The notes under the pieces were generated by a model, which did no database searches, was not told the DNA's origin, and worked only from the letters and a program-made list of their open reading frames with translations. 64,000 bases of DNA from Takakia lepidozioides (lineage: Eukaryota > Plantae > Bryophyta). The stretch is taken from contig CM060731.1 in the NCBI GenBank assembly GCA_030704615.1, forward strand, positions 49,910,001-49,974,000, given 5' to 3'. Shown here in pieces: positions 49,170 to 63,785 of this stretch (positions within the stretch are counted from its first letter, which is position 1; each line of letters starts with the position of its first letter). Made by a program: the position numbers and the translations under genes.

Positions 49170-52016
49170 CAAAATACCCTGTGGGCTTCTGTCAATGGGT
49201 GATAATCCTCCTAAGAGGGGCCAGCTGCCGTGTTCTCATCAATGGTTACCTCTCTAAGCCATTCCAACTGCAAAGATCGGTCAGGCAGGGGTGTCCACTG
49301 GCCCCCTTCCTCTTTCTCCATAAAACGCAACTCTGGAGGCAGGTCAAAGACTCAATGTTCATGGACGATACCTTTCTTCTATTGGAAGCCACCCCATCTA
49401 CACTGGCTGCAGTAGAAACCACACTGCTTCAATTTTGTGGGGTTTCAGGGTTCAAAATCAATTGGTCCAAGACTAAAGCACTCCTGGTGGGGGATACATC
49501 TAGATCTGCTATTGGCATCGTGCCTACCTGGGGGGGCCGCCTTGGGCTGGTCTGGTTGCGTGAAGGTGAAACAACCACCCTGCTGGGCCATATCTTTGGT
49601 ATTAACCTTACCGAAGACTAGTGCTTTGGCCCAATAATCCAGAGGCTCAAGAAGCAGATGACATATTGGGGCTCTCGATTCCTTTCCATCACTGGAAGGG
49701 CGCTTACTGTGAACCAGATCCTTCAAGCAGGAATCTGGTTCTTTGCGGCAGCTTGGGGCCAAACTCTAAGACTCTCAATGAAGTAAAAAGAATTGTCAGG
49801 AACTTCATCTGGGGAGCAAACTCATCTAAGAAAAACATGAGACCCCAAGTCTCTTGGCACCAAATATGTCTCCCCAAAAAACAGGGGGGCCTAGGGGTTC
49901 TAGATCCTGAAACTCAGATCCAAGCCTTACTTGGTAAATGGCTTCCAAGATATGTGGGACCTGAAGGTGGCTGGTGGAAACTCATGGTTGCAGCTTCCAT
50001 CTCCGAATCCTCACCTATGCAAAGCACTGCCTGGGCGCCTTCATCCCGTTGGATACTGCAAGGCTTTAACCACAAAGCTCTAGGCTCCCCACTTTGGAAC
50101 TCTATTTGGAAGGCCTGGAACTACTTCAGACCCCTCCTGAGGAAACAGGAGCCAGCTTCTTTTCACGAGGTTTTGAGACAACACCTTTTCCTTAACTCCA
50201 ACAATCCATCCTGAGAGGAAAAAGAACAGGCCAGAAGATGGGCAGGTTGGGATTCAAGAGGAGTCTCCATGGTCAAAAATCTCTGGGATAATACACCCCT
50301 ATCCCTCCAACAAGCGCTGGGTTCCAGACGCCTTCAATCAGGCATAACTGATATCATACAATCCCTTCCGGATTCGTGGAAGCTTATTCTTGCAGGCGGC
50401 CCTGGCCCACATTCTCCCCACCGTTGGGTTCTCTCTAACTTCCAGAACCTGCATGTCCTCTACCTCACAGCCTCATCAGGGTTACAGGTGTCTGGTTATC
50501 AATTCCAAGCTGACAATTTCTCTGGTCTGCTCTCTCTTTCCTCCCAGCAGATAGTTTCTCTACCCTCTGCCTCTTGCTCACCAGCCCGGATCTGCCACTG
50601 GTCTGACCCATCCAAACAATTCAACCCTCAAGCTCCTATGGGCTCCCCCATCATTCCATGGCTGCAACAAAGTTCTTTTGCTCTTATTGAAGGGTCTCAG
50701 ATTTCCACTCTGCAAATTGACCCGGCAGAATGGAACTGGCTCTTCAAAGATGAACTCCTACCCTTCTTTGCATACACGGCCAAGAGAGCGTACAGGGCCC
50801 TATTGGGGGCTACTCCCATGTATGCCAAATGGAATAATAAATGGGGGCACGAAAATTTTGCTGATGAGAACTGGAAGTGTATTTGGGCTTTAATATGGGA
50901 GAAATCAAAATCAGCCAAGATTAGCGCTTTCCTTTGGCAGGTGGCCAACCGAGTCCTCAAAGTAGGCCAATTTCTCAACTTTGCAAAGGCTATTCTATGC
51001 CAATGCTGCTCGATAGGTACCATCGAAACCTTGGAGCACTGCCTCATCTACTGCAAAGCTCCCACTGCCATCTGGCCGCTAGTGAGGGACTTCTACAGGA
51101 ATTGGGACCTCTTGCCAGACTCCCCGGTGCAAATCTTGCTTAACTATGATCAAGCACAAAAATCTGAGGCTTCCTCATGCCCGGTCTTTGAGACCCTAAG
51201 GGCCTCCACTCTCTGGAATTTATGGAAATGTCGGTGTGCATGGGCCCTCAACAATGAAAACTCATCTCCTACAGCCCTTCTCTCTCTGGACTTCTTTGAC
51301 CTTACAATAGCGGCTAAGAAGGTATGGGCTTCATTGTGTGCAGAGGCTATCATGAAGCCGCAGCATCAGCCAGCCCTCCTCCATGCCTTCTGAACAACAT
51401 GGGGGAAGCATGGGGTCATTTGTAGCTGCGATTATGATCTCACCTGTGTTTGGGCAGACTCCGTTCCACACTCTTGGCAGGGACTCAGATCCGAGCTCTT
51501 CAGCTTCCCCTGAGTTTGAATGATCCGATGTCAATTGGAAGCACATCAGGTCCACATCCTCGGCCAAGCTTTGCTTTCATAGATAGAATGTCTTCAGTGC
51601 TTAGCTAGGGCCCATCGATACCTTCCACTTGTGCTTCTCTTGGGCTGTCCTGCCTCTCTCGCCACCCCCCATCGCCGGCCCTCTCATCTTCTCTCATCTA
51701 CTCTCTTTCGGTCTTGACACCATAAGCATCTTCTTTCTGGATCAAAACCATGTAATTTTCATGATATGCCAGTTTATTGGTAGGATTCCTCTCGCTGTGA
51801 GAGAGAGGTTATTTTCAGGGGTCTGTTACATACCTAGTAATGCGTTCACTGTTCGAGAGTTATCCAGCACGGCAAACCGTGAGATCAGCCTTATGGCAGC
51901 CTTTGGGCACTTAAAGGGTTTAATTTTTTCCCTTCAATAATCTTATCAATAAAAGCACTATCAGGGCCTCGCCCCCTGTTCGGTGAAGGGAAAAAAAAAA
52001 AAAAAAAAAAAAAAAA
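49170..52016 (+). mobile_element. 5'-truncated L1-clade LINE (partial RT, zf-RVT, 3' UTR, poly(A))
   Basis: SVRQGCPLAPFLF, MFMDDT, SGFKINWSKT, VSWHQICLPKKQGGLGV and CQCCSIGTIETLEHCLIYC. AATAAA at ~51947, A26 tail at 51991-52016. Candidate 7-bp TSD CCAAACT (49163-49169, 52018-52024). Confidence 0.88.
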
Positions 52017-53159
52017 CCCAAACTTGTTTGATCCCGTCTTCCTCCGCGCGGCCCTGCTCAACGTGGATGAGCTTGACTTGGGGCCCACGCTCCCACCCTT
52101 CCCACATTTCCAACTGGCACAAAGTCAGGCCACTTTGTTCCTCTATCGTGCCCAGTTTACTGGAGTCCCTGCCAATTTTAAACTGCCCACCAAAGCCGCA
52201 TGTGGGGATGGATCAGAGGGTCAAAGAGGCCAAGGACTTAACGGATAACTTTATTTTCACTGTTTTAAAAATAATAATAAAATGAGTGAACCCCAATATT
52301 TTTATTGATTGGGGGAAAAAGAAAACCCCAGAGGGCCATAAAGCATACACACCTTACGGTGAGACCTTCCTAAAGTCCAAAATATTTTTCTTTGAGTTGT
52401 TCCACGTATTTTGTTCTCCCTGAAAGCCAACAATACCAACAACTCAATGTTCCATGATTGTTTATGTAGATGCACGCACAGGGGCCTTTACACCATGGAT
52501 CAAGAGCAAGGAACAATGGGACCAGATTGAAAGCATTTTTGTCTGCAAATAGCTAATGTTTCATTCTGAGCCAGATCAAACGACTATGAACTAAAATAAT
52601 ATGGAAAGAACCAGGCGCGATGTCGCGCTCCGCGTTTTGCGGTGAGTACGATAGAGACTTAGCCGTTTGGCCTCCTGCTCTCTCATATACTTTGGTCTAT
52701 TCTTCTTCCCAGTGGTCTTCCTTTTTCCTTCCACTGCTCTCTCTCTAGGGCTTATCATTGTACTTTCTACATCTCTCTAAGCTCTCTTCATTGTTAGCTG
52801 TGGTTGTCATCTGAGACGGGTTACTAGCTGTCTTTATGATGATTTTTTACTCTTCTCGGTGGCTCTCTCCCATGCTCGTCATTCGATGCTAATGCGACAC
52901 TTTTCAATGTCTCTAGCGTGAGGTTTAATGTGTTTGGCGGGAGTTCTCGTCTCTTCCCCCCTCAGCCGTGCTCTATGTGTTCAGTCACTTACACCTTGTC
53001 AGCAGTGCTTCATTTGCCATCCCTCCTTCCTTGCACTCTTGATGCCATTGTCTCTCTTCACTCTCAGTCGGCTTGCAATCCTCCTTTCGCTCTCTCTACT
53101 CATTCTTCGTTGGTTCTCTTCCCTATCTATTTCCATGGCGTATGTTACTACTGCTACCA

Positions 53160-54110
53160 ATGGACATGGCTTCAGAGGAGACAACAGAGGGGACAACAGA
53201 AGGCACGCCAGAGCTAGAAACTAGAAACCATGAAGAAGACCTTCCTCAGGTCTGGGCCTGCTGGGTGTTAGCCCCAGGCCCCCGCTCTCCCCTGCCATGG
53301 CTCCCATGGTTTGGAGTGAAAATGCAGCATTAGTCGACGAGTCTCAGCCTGTTCTCCAGCTCGATATGGGCATCGTGAAAGAACACTCTCAATTGCTCGC
53401 GGAGCAAATGATGTTTATTCATTTCCCAGGAAGAATTCGTGATAGGATTTTTGCTAGGAAGTGGGCCCTATAGCACCTTGGTGCGGATGGAGGACTCACT
53501 TCCCACTTCTGCGTCGCCCTTGGGAGAGGCTTCTACTCTATAATGTTCAGTTCTCAAGAACATGTTGGTAAAGCTTTGAGTTTCAATGTCAGTCTCTCAA
53601 AATGTCGAGTCTACATCTTCCCCTGGTCGCCGAAATGGGGCCACCGTGGGGGGGGGCATTACTTGCAAGCCTAGAGTGTTGGCCCTTCCCTTCCTTTCTG
53701 GGATCTATCTCCGTTCGCTACCGGAGATCGGAGATCGGAGCTCACTTTGGTGCTTTCATTGGAGTTATGAAAGTGTTTGAGCATCTTGAGGAGGATGTTA
53801 TCACTTATGACAATGAAATGTTGGCCTATGAAGCTCACAAGGATGTTGGGGTGCCACAGTTGGTAATGATGATAGAAGATAGAAGACTCCAGCCATAGCC
53901 GGCGCAACTAAGAGCCACTTTGCCTTGCGGCTACTGCCCCTTTTTGGGGGTGTGCCCTATGATTGGTAGTGATGATGCCAAAAGCAACTCCCATTTGCCT
54001 ACTATTGAAAATTTGTTTGTCTCTGTTAAGGTGTAGGAGGTTATTCTTGCAGTGATTTGCTTTCATTGCCATGCAGAGGGCCACGTAAAGGCATATTGCG
54101 TTGTGCTATT
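53160..54110 (+). pseudogene. Decayed L1 ORF1-like remnant (DUF4283-like plus zinc knuckle)
   Basis: ALGRGFYSIMFSSQEHVGKAL (~53515-53580) and VICFHCHAEGHVKAYC (~54052-54099); many stops. Confidence 0.6.
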
Positions 54111-55941
54111 GAAGGCCAACGCTAACTCTGTTTGTTCCACTGATGAAGCAGGTGGGCGGGATTTCAGGGTCCAGAAGCGGGTTGACGAGCCCTGGATGCG
54201 CGCGGTCAAGGTGACAACATACTAGCTAGGAGGGGTCGAGGTGTGTAGCGGAATGGGTTGGGCTCAAGGAACCGCCCACCCGACTGTGGTTAGTGCAGGG
54301 GTCCGTGGTAATGCTAATGGCGGGAATCCTCAAACAATTCTAATCCTACCAGCAAAGAGAATACAATTTCTAGTTCACAGGGCGAGGTTGCGTTTCTAGT
54401 TCCTACAGTCTTTTTATGTGTTTTTAATTTTTTTAATTGCCCTCCAAGTCTTTGTTTATTACTAAATCCTACTAGCCTAAATCCCATAGCCGCTTATAGC
54501 CGGGACTTGCCTTCGTCCCTTCACAAAGCACCTACCGGGTTTAGGGAGGAAGGGAAACCTTCCCTTCCTCAAGGCCCCTCCGATTCCTGGGTGGTTGAAT
54601 TCAAGCATCTCTCAGGATGGGCCAACACTCCTTCCGAACTTCCCAAATCTAGGGGCCGAAGAGTCTAAATCGATTCAAAGCTATACGCCGATTCTCCTAT
54701 TTCCTTCCCAACAAATGACCTCAAATAAATAAATAAATGGAAAAATAATAAAAATGATCACTGGGCAGAGAATCTGCTCCAGATCCCATGGATCCAGGAA
54801 TTACCTGCAGGGGCCACGGGGAATGCCTTGAGAATGCACCTGATCGTTGGGAACCCCGGGAACCTGTTCCCGCATGGGGGGGGGCCACCGCCCCTGCCTG
54901 ACGGATGAAAACAACAAAGGCGGATGAAATCGCAGTTCATCCGCCAGCCAAAACGTGCGTGGCACTGCCGCGACCTACCCTGCCTGGTGGGCCCAACCGA
55001 TTCTTCCTCTAGTCTCTTATATGATATAAATAAATAAGGGAGCAAGATCGTTTTCCTTCCTTAGAATAAGTCATCCCCTACCTCTCTCTCTTTCACTGTT
55101 CACTACCTGTAGCCTAACAACTAGGATAGAGTAGTTTGTACCCAAAACCTCTTTGCCGCTGTCTCGGCGTGTAGCTCGGGGTTCGGGGCTCCTCACTCTC
55201 AGAGACCCGATCCAAAAGAGAGGCCACTCTCTAAGCTATCTCCTCCCAGACTCTCGGATTTTTCCTACCATTAGATCTGTTGATACAAAAAAAATCAAAG
55301 CTAAGGGGCTATCCCCAATAAACAATAGAGAAGGGTTAAAAAAAAACCCTTAAACAACCCCCCCCACGGGGGCGTCCGTTGGGTAAAAGCTCCCTGGACG
55401 CGTGGCGGAGCCCGCTTAGGCGCGGCCGCACGTGCAGGTTACCCAACAGTCCGTCCAGTGTATGTCTGCTACGCCGTCCAGTGGTCCGCCACCAATCGCG
55501 GCCGAGCTTGGCAGACAAATGTGGCCGCCCCAACAGCACACTGTAGCTAGCAAACTGTCGTAGCCTTGGCAACACTAGGTAGTGGTGCTCTCCCCAATTG
55601 CATAGTAACCTCCACCTCGGTAAAAGTCGGGCGAGAATTAGGTGCCATGGATGGCGTCGACACTGTCTCCGCCAATGTGAATGATTGAGGCAGCCTAGCC
55701 TGACGGCTTGCCTCCCCATGCTGTGGATCCAACTCCACCTCCGCTCCTCGTGGCTCAGGAACTCGTGTTGCTCCTCGAGTCACGGCTGCAACAGACTCCA
55801 CCTGCACTAGTGGTAGTGCTGCCCCGCACATGAATCCCATGGGGGGTGCTATTCCGTGAGCCCGGAGGCGTGAGCCTGTGAGCCCAGGAGCCCGTGAGCC
55901 CAGCACAGGCTCACGCCACATCAGTATGCATACAAGGCCTG

Positions 55942-56256
55942 TACCTATTCAAGATTCAGACCACTCAACAATGTTGACACGAAACTGGGTGGGTAAGCAC
56001 CCTTTGATGAAGTCAGTGGGAAGTTACAACAGCTAGCCACTCATGCGATTTGTCTAAATCTCTAGGCGGCCTTGTGCCCTAACCACTATTATGCCTACTC
56101 ATAAGTACTTCTATAGGATTCAGCCTTTGGTCTACCTATTCAAGATTCAGACCACTCAACAATGTTGACACGAAACTGGGTGGGCAAGCACCCTTTGATG
56201 AAGTCAGTGGGAAGTTACAACAGCTAGCCACTCATGCGATTTGTCTAAATCTCTAG
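55942..56256. repeat. 124-bp direct repeat (55942-56065, 56133-56256) with 67-bp spacer
   Basis: Copies differ at one position (ggtaag vs ggcaag). Confidence 0.9.
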
Positions 56257-57159
56257 CATTTCTGGTACTTCATTGTCGTTGTTGTTTCTATTGCTTGAGG
56301 TTGTGTCCTGGTACTCATTTTGTACTCTGGCCTTCCACTATGGCTGCTCTATAATTTTTCTTTTTTCGTCGTCATGTCAAACACACCCTAATAATCTAGA
56401 TGGTTTGGTCAATCTACCAATAGTTTTGTCATTGCAATCTTAATCTCATTCCTTTTTTTTAATGAATTTTAGGCTTAAATGAAGATAAAAATATTCACAA
56501 ATGATAGAACTCTCTCAACTTGAATACCCCTACTTGTGGGTTTGACTGTCTGAAAGTAACTGGCAAGTGTGAACTCAATGGCTCAAATGAAAATAGACTT
56601 AGTCAATATGGTTGTGGAGATGAAATGGTTTGTAACCACCCTGAATAACTTCGAGGGTCTTAGAGCATCCCCACCCTTAAGCCCGAAAGACTGCTTGTAA
56701 CACCAAAATTAAAGTGATCGATTCAGGGCGGGCCTGTTGGGTTCTGTGGCGAGGCAGCCCCTCCTTGCGCACACTCTTGCCCCTGAATTGCCCACGCTAT
56801 CCCCGTGCAGCTTGGCTCCTATTGGCAGGAGGGGCCGTGCTTGTTGCCAAGCTGTTGACACACACCGTTGACTTGGATTCAGGGGCAGGTTCAGTAAGGC
56901 GCTCTCGGGTTCAATGCCCGGAGAGGTGTTCAGTGCCTGCCTTTGACGGGATATAGGGTTCAGGGACAAGGGTGTGGACATCCGCCCACCTCCACAAGTT
57001 CAACAATCATCTGTCGAATATTTATTTTATTTTGAAAAAAATATTTCAACATATAGAATATTTCCAAAGATGCTTTATTATCATTCACAAAGTTATTTAA
57101 TGTCACAAAATCAAAATCCAAAATTTTCAACAATCTTTGAAATATTATAATTAGCAACC

Positions 57160-57900
57160 ATGCACATCTTTGCCATTTTACAGGGCTGCCAGGCATGCAC
57201 ACGCACTACAAACGCACACGAACATGATGTGGTCGGGCTTCACCCCTTCCACCATTAGGTCTCCAAAGCCTCCATCCCGCGTCCCTGCTGTGCATAGCCT
57301 GCAAGCATCGCGTTCCACGATACCACATCTCGTTCAGCCATATTGTTGAAAACTGCCTTTGCATCCTTATTGCACCCACATTTGGCATACATGTCCACCA
57401 GGGTAGTGTTCAGAATGACAACTGGTACAATTCCAGCTTTGACGATGTCACCATGGACCTCTTCCCCTTTTCCAGAGCTCCCAGGCTTGCACACGCATTG
57501 CAAATACAAACAAATGTGATGTGGTTGGGCTTCACCCCTTCGCGCAACATTTGCTTATACCTTCCAAAGCATTCCTACCACACCCATGCTTGGTAAATCC
57601 TGCCAACATTATATTCCACATTATCAAAGATGTTGAGGCATTCCGTTGAACACTTGGTGAGCATCCATGATGCTCCCGCACTTAACATACATGTTGATAA
57701 GGGTGTTGAGTAGAAAAACATTTGGCGTGAATCCACTTAGGATAATGTGGTGTGCACCTGCTTTCCAACTTCCAGACCATCCATCTTGATGCACTTAAGC
57801 AAGAGGCAGACATACGTATCTGAATCTGCTGAAATGTCAAGTCTGTAGAGCCTCTATCAGTCTGCCTGCCGCACAAAGTATCTTCACATGCCCTAGAAGT
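57160..57900 (-). pseudogene. PLS-class pentatricopeptide repeat gene fragment
   Basis: NTLINMYVKCGSIMDAHQVF, GVKPNHITFVC and LNTTLVDMYAKCGCNKDAKAVFNNMAERDVVSWNAMLAGYAQQGRGMEAL; multiple frameshifts. Confidence 0.85.
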
Positions 57901-60900
57901 GCCAGAAGAGGCATTGTGGACTTCTTCTCTTGATCCTCTTTCCGAAGCTGTGGTCATGGTTGAGGTGCCTGTATTATCAACTGTGTCGCTGCAGCTGCTG
58001 CCTTTAGTTGACCATTCATCAGGTTTCTGTAGCTATTGATCCACAAGGAATCATAGGTAATCTGAATTGCATCTGCTTTTCTCTATAGTCCAACAGGCAT
58101 TCACCTTTTTGTCTCCATTGTCCTACCATTGACTGAGGTCGGAAAAGTGTTCATTCCAAAGCTTCTCCTCATCTTTGTTATCTGTTTTTGGATACTTTCA
58201 TGCTGCCACATCGGCAGTAACTTATCCAAGTCACTCCAAACCACCACAGATCCACCCAACGAGCTAACTTACAGAATTCAATATGCATCTCAGGGCCGAG
58301 TTTGATGAGAGGGCAAAACAGACGGAAATAGGTTGAAGAAGAAGGTGCCCTCACCACATTGTCCTTGACGTTGTGTCATGACCCATGGAGACCATCAACC
58401 CAAAAGGACCTCTTGTGTGTGCTGCTTGTGTCCGTAGTCAGGTAATGTCGGATCGGTCTGTGAGAACCACCACGGTGCAGCTAAGCAGGCAGAGATTGAA
58501 ACACGGCCTGACAAGACCAAGCTAACTCTCGCAAGAACCTTGTAAACATCAGGAAGAATACCAAATCATGGTACTAACAGGAGCCAATAGCCCACATTGG
58601 ACTCCAGCACGAGCCAGCAATAATCCTGAAGCAACCCTGCTAGCTAAACGAAGTGTTCTATGCTCACCCTTCGACAATTATAAATCAATCCCTCTTGGTC
58701 TTGGCACACAAAGGGTTCTTTCAAGAACTCTGAAATATGCTCACCTTTTTTCCTGGGATTCTCACTGGAGAACGCTCTCTTGGATGCGTCGTTTGAAGAA
58801 ATGCCCTCCGCACAGTCGAGCACTTTCTAACCCTTCTTGACACTTCATGGCTGTATATTATAGATCGCCTCGGCAAGCCAAAACCTATCTAAACCTGTTC
58901 TAAATGCCAGGCCTTATCAACCTATGTAGCCATTGCGCTCTCTCTCTTTCTCTCCTTTGAACATCAAACAGAAGCAGGGAGGAAAAGGGTCAATCTCGAC
59001 GAAGTACCGTTCAAGAAATTATTTTCGGATTTTTCGGGCAATCCAGGCAGATAGAAAGAAATTGACAACGTACGAAACGTGGCGACGACAGATGGCAACG
59101 ACAGGTGGCTACAAAACGTGGCGACGATGACGTGCCACTTTCTGTTAGGTGTTCAAAATAAGGCAACCCACAAACTCAGGGGGGTGGTTTATGGAGTGCA
59201 TGCTAAATTTACGCTCATGCTATTCCTGCTCTACGCTAAACTAGCTCTCGACCTTCGGTCGTCGCTAGAATATCAGAGCGTAGATTATTATGGTGTCTAT
59301 TCACCTATCTCACGACTTCCTGTTTTAACTATCTTTGCAGTCTTTGGGCGCTTGGTTTTCTATGTAACTTACACCTTGCACGGATGCGAAGTGGGCTTGG
59401 CTAGGCTCATGTCTGTAAAACATTCGTGCTTTTACTTTTAACCGATGTTGATAGACACACTTCAGACAGTTCAATATGCTATTTGTTCACTGGGCAAACA
59501 ATACCCTTATACATCTGCAATTCAGACAGGATACGCACCGTACTGATCATGGAAACCGCACAGATTGATATGGAAAGATGCGGCCGTGGATCTACTTGCG
59601 GTTTGATATCGAAGTATATTGGCAGAGGGCGAGTGGTCTGAAAAAAAATATTTATTATTATTGCAAGTTGCTAAGTCCTGTGGTTAATGGGATGTCGCGG
59701 CAACAAACTGAACTCCCGTGAGACAATCACATGGATAGAATGACAGGTGCGTCAAGGGCAGAGGCATCACGAGCAGCCACTATGATGATACCTGCTTCAC
59801 ATAATTGTGGACACGGTTTTCTCACGACTTTCAGGTCATGGACTTCCTAACATGCTTCTGGACTGTCCGATGCTCTGCAGCCATCCTCACCCAGAGAACA
59901 TCCCAAACAATCCCCACCATATCTTAATGCTTGGCCCCTTGGGGAGTTAGTTCACTGATTTTTGCACTTGTTCACAATGTCAAACTGTCATTCTCTAAAT
60001 TCACTAGTTCCCCATCGGTAATCTTCTTCCTCACAATTCAAAATCCACAACCTTTTCAGCACCTTCACACGACACATTCTTAATTTGTTCTTCCTGCGCT
60101 GCGGGAAATACTCATCATTCACAATCCGAACATAGGAAGCAATGGCAGCTTCAGGTAAAAAAGAACATTTTTGCCATTGGCAAAGAAGGATGCTGGACCT
60201 AGATGTTCTGCCTCGACCTATAAATGACTTCAAGCAAGGCCCCATACCATTTTCACAACGAACAAGCCTCCATTTTGGTGTGGAGCTTGGTGACGCTGAC
60301 TGGAAATCTCCCATACCTGCTGTACCAAAGCTCTCTGCCAGAAAAGGTGAATCTGCATGCCATATCAGAGCATCATTGTCCAAACATGCTACTGTCTGCA
60401 ACATGGGGAAACATAATACTATAGTGATTGCAAGATTTCACATGAAAATGCCTTGACAACAGAAAATAAGAGCAGATCGTTTTTGTATAAAGAAATGAGA
60501 ACCCTTTCCTACATGAAAAATTACCAAGTCCCCAATATCTGCAATTGTGGTGCCAGTGTAGGAAAAAACGATTTCAAAAATTAATTGCTGATGATCTAAG
60601 CTCTGATGTGGCTGATTTTAGGTTATATTGGGAGAATTAGCCATATTCTTTGCTACCAACAAGAACTAGCAAGGAAACTTGACAAGAAAACCCCACTAGA
60701 GCAAATCGAATTTGCCAAAAAATGTGAACAGACTCCTAAGGCCAATGACTTGGAAAACAAAACAAGAACTCTTACCAGCCCTTGTCTAGATTAGCGTTAC
60801 ACGACAAAAAAATGCAAGCTTTAATCAGTTTCATGCCACCCTCAATACCTATGATCAGTAGTTCAATCAGCGGCTAACCGATCATCTATTCATTTACTTC

Positions 60901-61879
60901 AATGCCACTATAGCCCGTCACGTTCTAAACCCGATACCCTATCAATTTTGAATGTGACGATCTTCACTAACGTTCAACGGAACCAGAAACATACGACACT
61001 ACCCATAATCCAATATACACTTTACTGTCGATCGTTCTAGCCCGACCACATTTGATCATTGAATTCTATGCACACATCAAGTCTACTCCACGATCCACAC
61101 ATAGTCATAGGTGTCGGTTTATCTTACAACATCTCAGTCTATGGTCTATATCTTGCTCATACGGTATCCACAGTTCTCTTACATCCTGCCGAATAAATTC
61201 ACAGACCATCTATTCACATTTCGAACATCCAACCCCATTTAGGCCAAACTCCTTTCTGAAAATAAAACCAGACTGATCGCTATCTGAAAACTACTCCATG
61301 AACTCTTCAAAGACTCACACTGCAACTATCATACTCGTTGCCTCTTGCCCAAGTCATGATCTCTCCCTTTCTCCTTCTACCCTTACGGTATCTCTCGATC
61401 ATCGTGCTCTCCAATATGCTCTCCAACTCAATCCCGATTTGGTACTCTCTACATCGTGCTCGTCGCTCACTGGTAATCTCTCGATTGATACTGTTGCCTT
61501 CCCACTCCCCCAAGCCTCCTTTTATGCTTCTTTTGGGCCAATAGGAAAATTAGAAATTAATCATTAAATTTAATGGGAAGCTTGTTGGCCAAGCAAACCT
61601 GGATACTTCTTATTTCATCCATCCTGGTAATGTCATCCCTTTTGCATCCATCCTATAAATTCATCCATCCTATGCTCTCTCATCTGTCCACTGATTTCAT
61701 CCATTTGTAATTTTCATCCATCCAGGGACATGACCAACTTAAGTTTGGTACATGATCCGTTTTAAGTCCTCATGAATGTTGCTCCTCATCCATGTTATTC
61801 ATCCGTTTGGGAAGTGGGGATCACTTCCCTTGATCAGCCAATATCCAGCGGTTCATATTTATCCTTGTTTTCCCATTAG

Positions 61880-62110
61880 ATTCCAGTAATATAGGCATAT
61901 ATTTGCTGGCATTTGCTAACTTACAAAGACATCGATCCTTAATCATTCTTGGCGTTGAAGACCATTCGTTGGTCTCTATAGCATACCTCCACACCATGTA
62001 GCCTCTGGAGCACTGTCCACAAACCAAAAGTTGTGTTCTTGCAACTGCTGGCTCATTGTCAAACACTTCGAAGGTGTAATCCATTGGGCAGCCTGGCCGA
62101 CATTGCCACC
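61880..62110 (-). pseudogene. Kelch-repeat fragment, SKIP11-like F-box/kelch family
   Basis: FEVFDNEPAVARTQLLVCG..VWRYAIETNEWSSTPRMIKDRCL resembles the family pattern FxCSDKESLAVGTELLVFG..YRYS..N.W....M..PRCLF. Confidence 0.6.
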
Positions 62111-62210
62111 CTACTAACGGAATCGAATGCCCACCACTTCCGTGCATTTATGAGAGGTTGTACATTGTAGGGGCTACCAACACCTAGGGGATGGAGTAGT
62201 GACTCATCTC

Positions 62211-63785
62211 TGTTGGAAAACAACTCCATAATATATAGCTTGACTTGTAGATAAAGTTAGAGACATTGAAAGTAACTCTCTATTTAGAGAGGCTTTTGTC
62301 TTAAAGTTAAAGCTAGTCCATTATGGGACTACTTAACAAAGGTTTAAAAGGCAAGTCTTAGTGATTGCTTTTAGCCTAGCTAGAACTATATAAGATGCTC
62401 GGGGGTGAAGCCACATATCAGTTGTTCATGTTGTGTGCTTCTATGGTTGGGTGAAGCGCTTCTATACAATCTTTTTTCCTCTTTGTTATTCTATCTACGT
62501 TTTTCAACACATGGTATCAGAGCCTAGTTGCTAGAAGGTGGCTGCAGTTTCATGCTAGATAGATGAGGTGCTACGAGGTGGCAGCGAGGACGTGATCAAA
62601 GGGAGCTCCTAGCCAAAGCAATTTGGTCCACGGTCAGTGATCAGTAAAAGTCTGTGAGATTGCTGATTGTCAAGTATAAAGTCTTAGATACTGAGAAAAG
62701 AAAGACCTAATGGCAAATTCTGCTCATGGAAACGCATTAGATATAAGAGTAGAAGATCGGTTCAATGGAACCAACTACCAGTTTTGGAAGTTTAGATTGG
62801 AAATGATTCTTCTAGACAAAGACCTGTGGGGATTGATTGACGGGTCACATGTAAGATGTGATGATGCAGTTGGCCAAGCTTTATGGGGTAGAAAAGATCA
62901 GAAGCATCATAATGAGCTTGAGAAACAATCAGATGAATCTAGCCATTGACGCTAAAAGTTCCAAAGAGGTTTGGTATAAGCTAGTAGCTATTTTTTGAGA
63001 CGAAGGATGCAAAGTCGCAAATGATTGCGACACAGAAGTTCTGTGGTCTGAAATGACCGAGTCGGATTCAGTCGAACAACATTTGAGTTTGTTCAGTGTC
63101 TTAAGAGACGAGCTGAAATATGTGGGAACTGTAATATCTGATGAACGAACAGCAGTAGTGCTGCTAGCAACCTTACCTGAATCCTATGACAATTTCGTGG
63201 TATCCTTAACATGACAAACCAACTTAACAATTGAGGTGGTCATAGGTCTTCTGGACTCAAGGAGGAAAAACAAAGAGGTCAAGGGCAGGGCTTTGTAGAC
63301 AGGGCTTTGTTCACAGATATTAAACCCGGAGGATTCCATAAGAAGAAATTCCTTTCGTATCAGACTGCAAAATCTGGCTCGAAGTTTAAGCTGAAGTCAA
63401 GGATTAAGTGCTATCATTGCAACAGATATAGGCATGGGATAAAATATTGTAGAATACGCATAGTAGAGGAGCGTGAACGAGATAATCAAGAAATATGAGG
63501 GAATGTAGCTGCTCATCAGAAATACCCTGTCTTATTTGTAGTTTCACTTTCAGCATTTACTACGAGGCAGAAGTATGAGTGGTACATTGATTCAGGAGCA
63601 TCTCAACATATGACTCCAGAAAATGGACAATTTCTTACATACAAACCTATATCTATGTCCCAGTACTATGTTCTCTTGGGAGATGATAGCAAACACATCA
63701 TTAGTGGCGAAGGTCCAGTCTCACTTCTGATAAATCAAGGAGAGGTTCGAGAAGTGGTGTTCTATACGTACCAGGGTTGCACACG
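62211..63785 (+). mobile_element. Decayed Ty1/copia 5' part: LTR 62211-62509, PBS, gag, protease
   Basis: TGTTGG...TCAACA LTR and initiator-Met PBS TGGTATCAGAGCC (62512-62524). Gag RFNGTNYQFWKFRLEMIL, knuckle CYHCNRYRH..C, protease WYIDSGASQHMT..VLYVPGLH. Homology stops at ~63785. Confidence 0.9.

Noticed and set aside
56900-56930. tRNA or SINE around CGGGTTCAATGCCCG
   Set aside because: Only a B-box-like hairpin; no cloverleaf, clear A-box or tail.
59988-60456. 138-aa and 104-aa overlapping ORFs as genes
   Set aside because: No recognisable domain or splice structure; cannot be supported.
63772-63780. hAT-type terminus CAGGGTTGC
   Set aside because: It is the copia protease-region codons for V-P-G-L-H.
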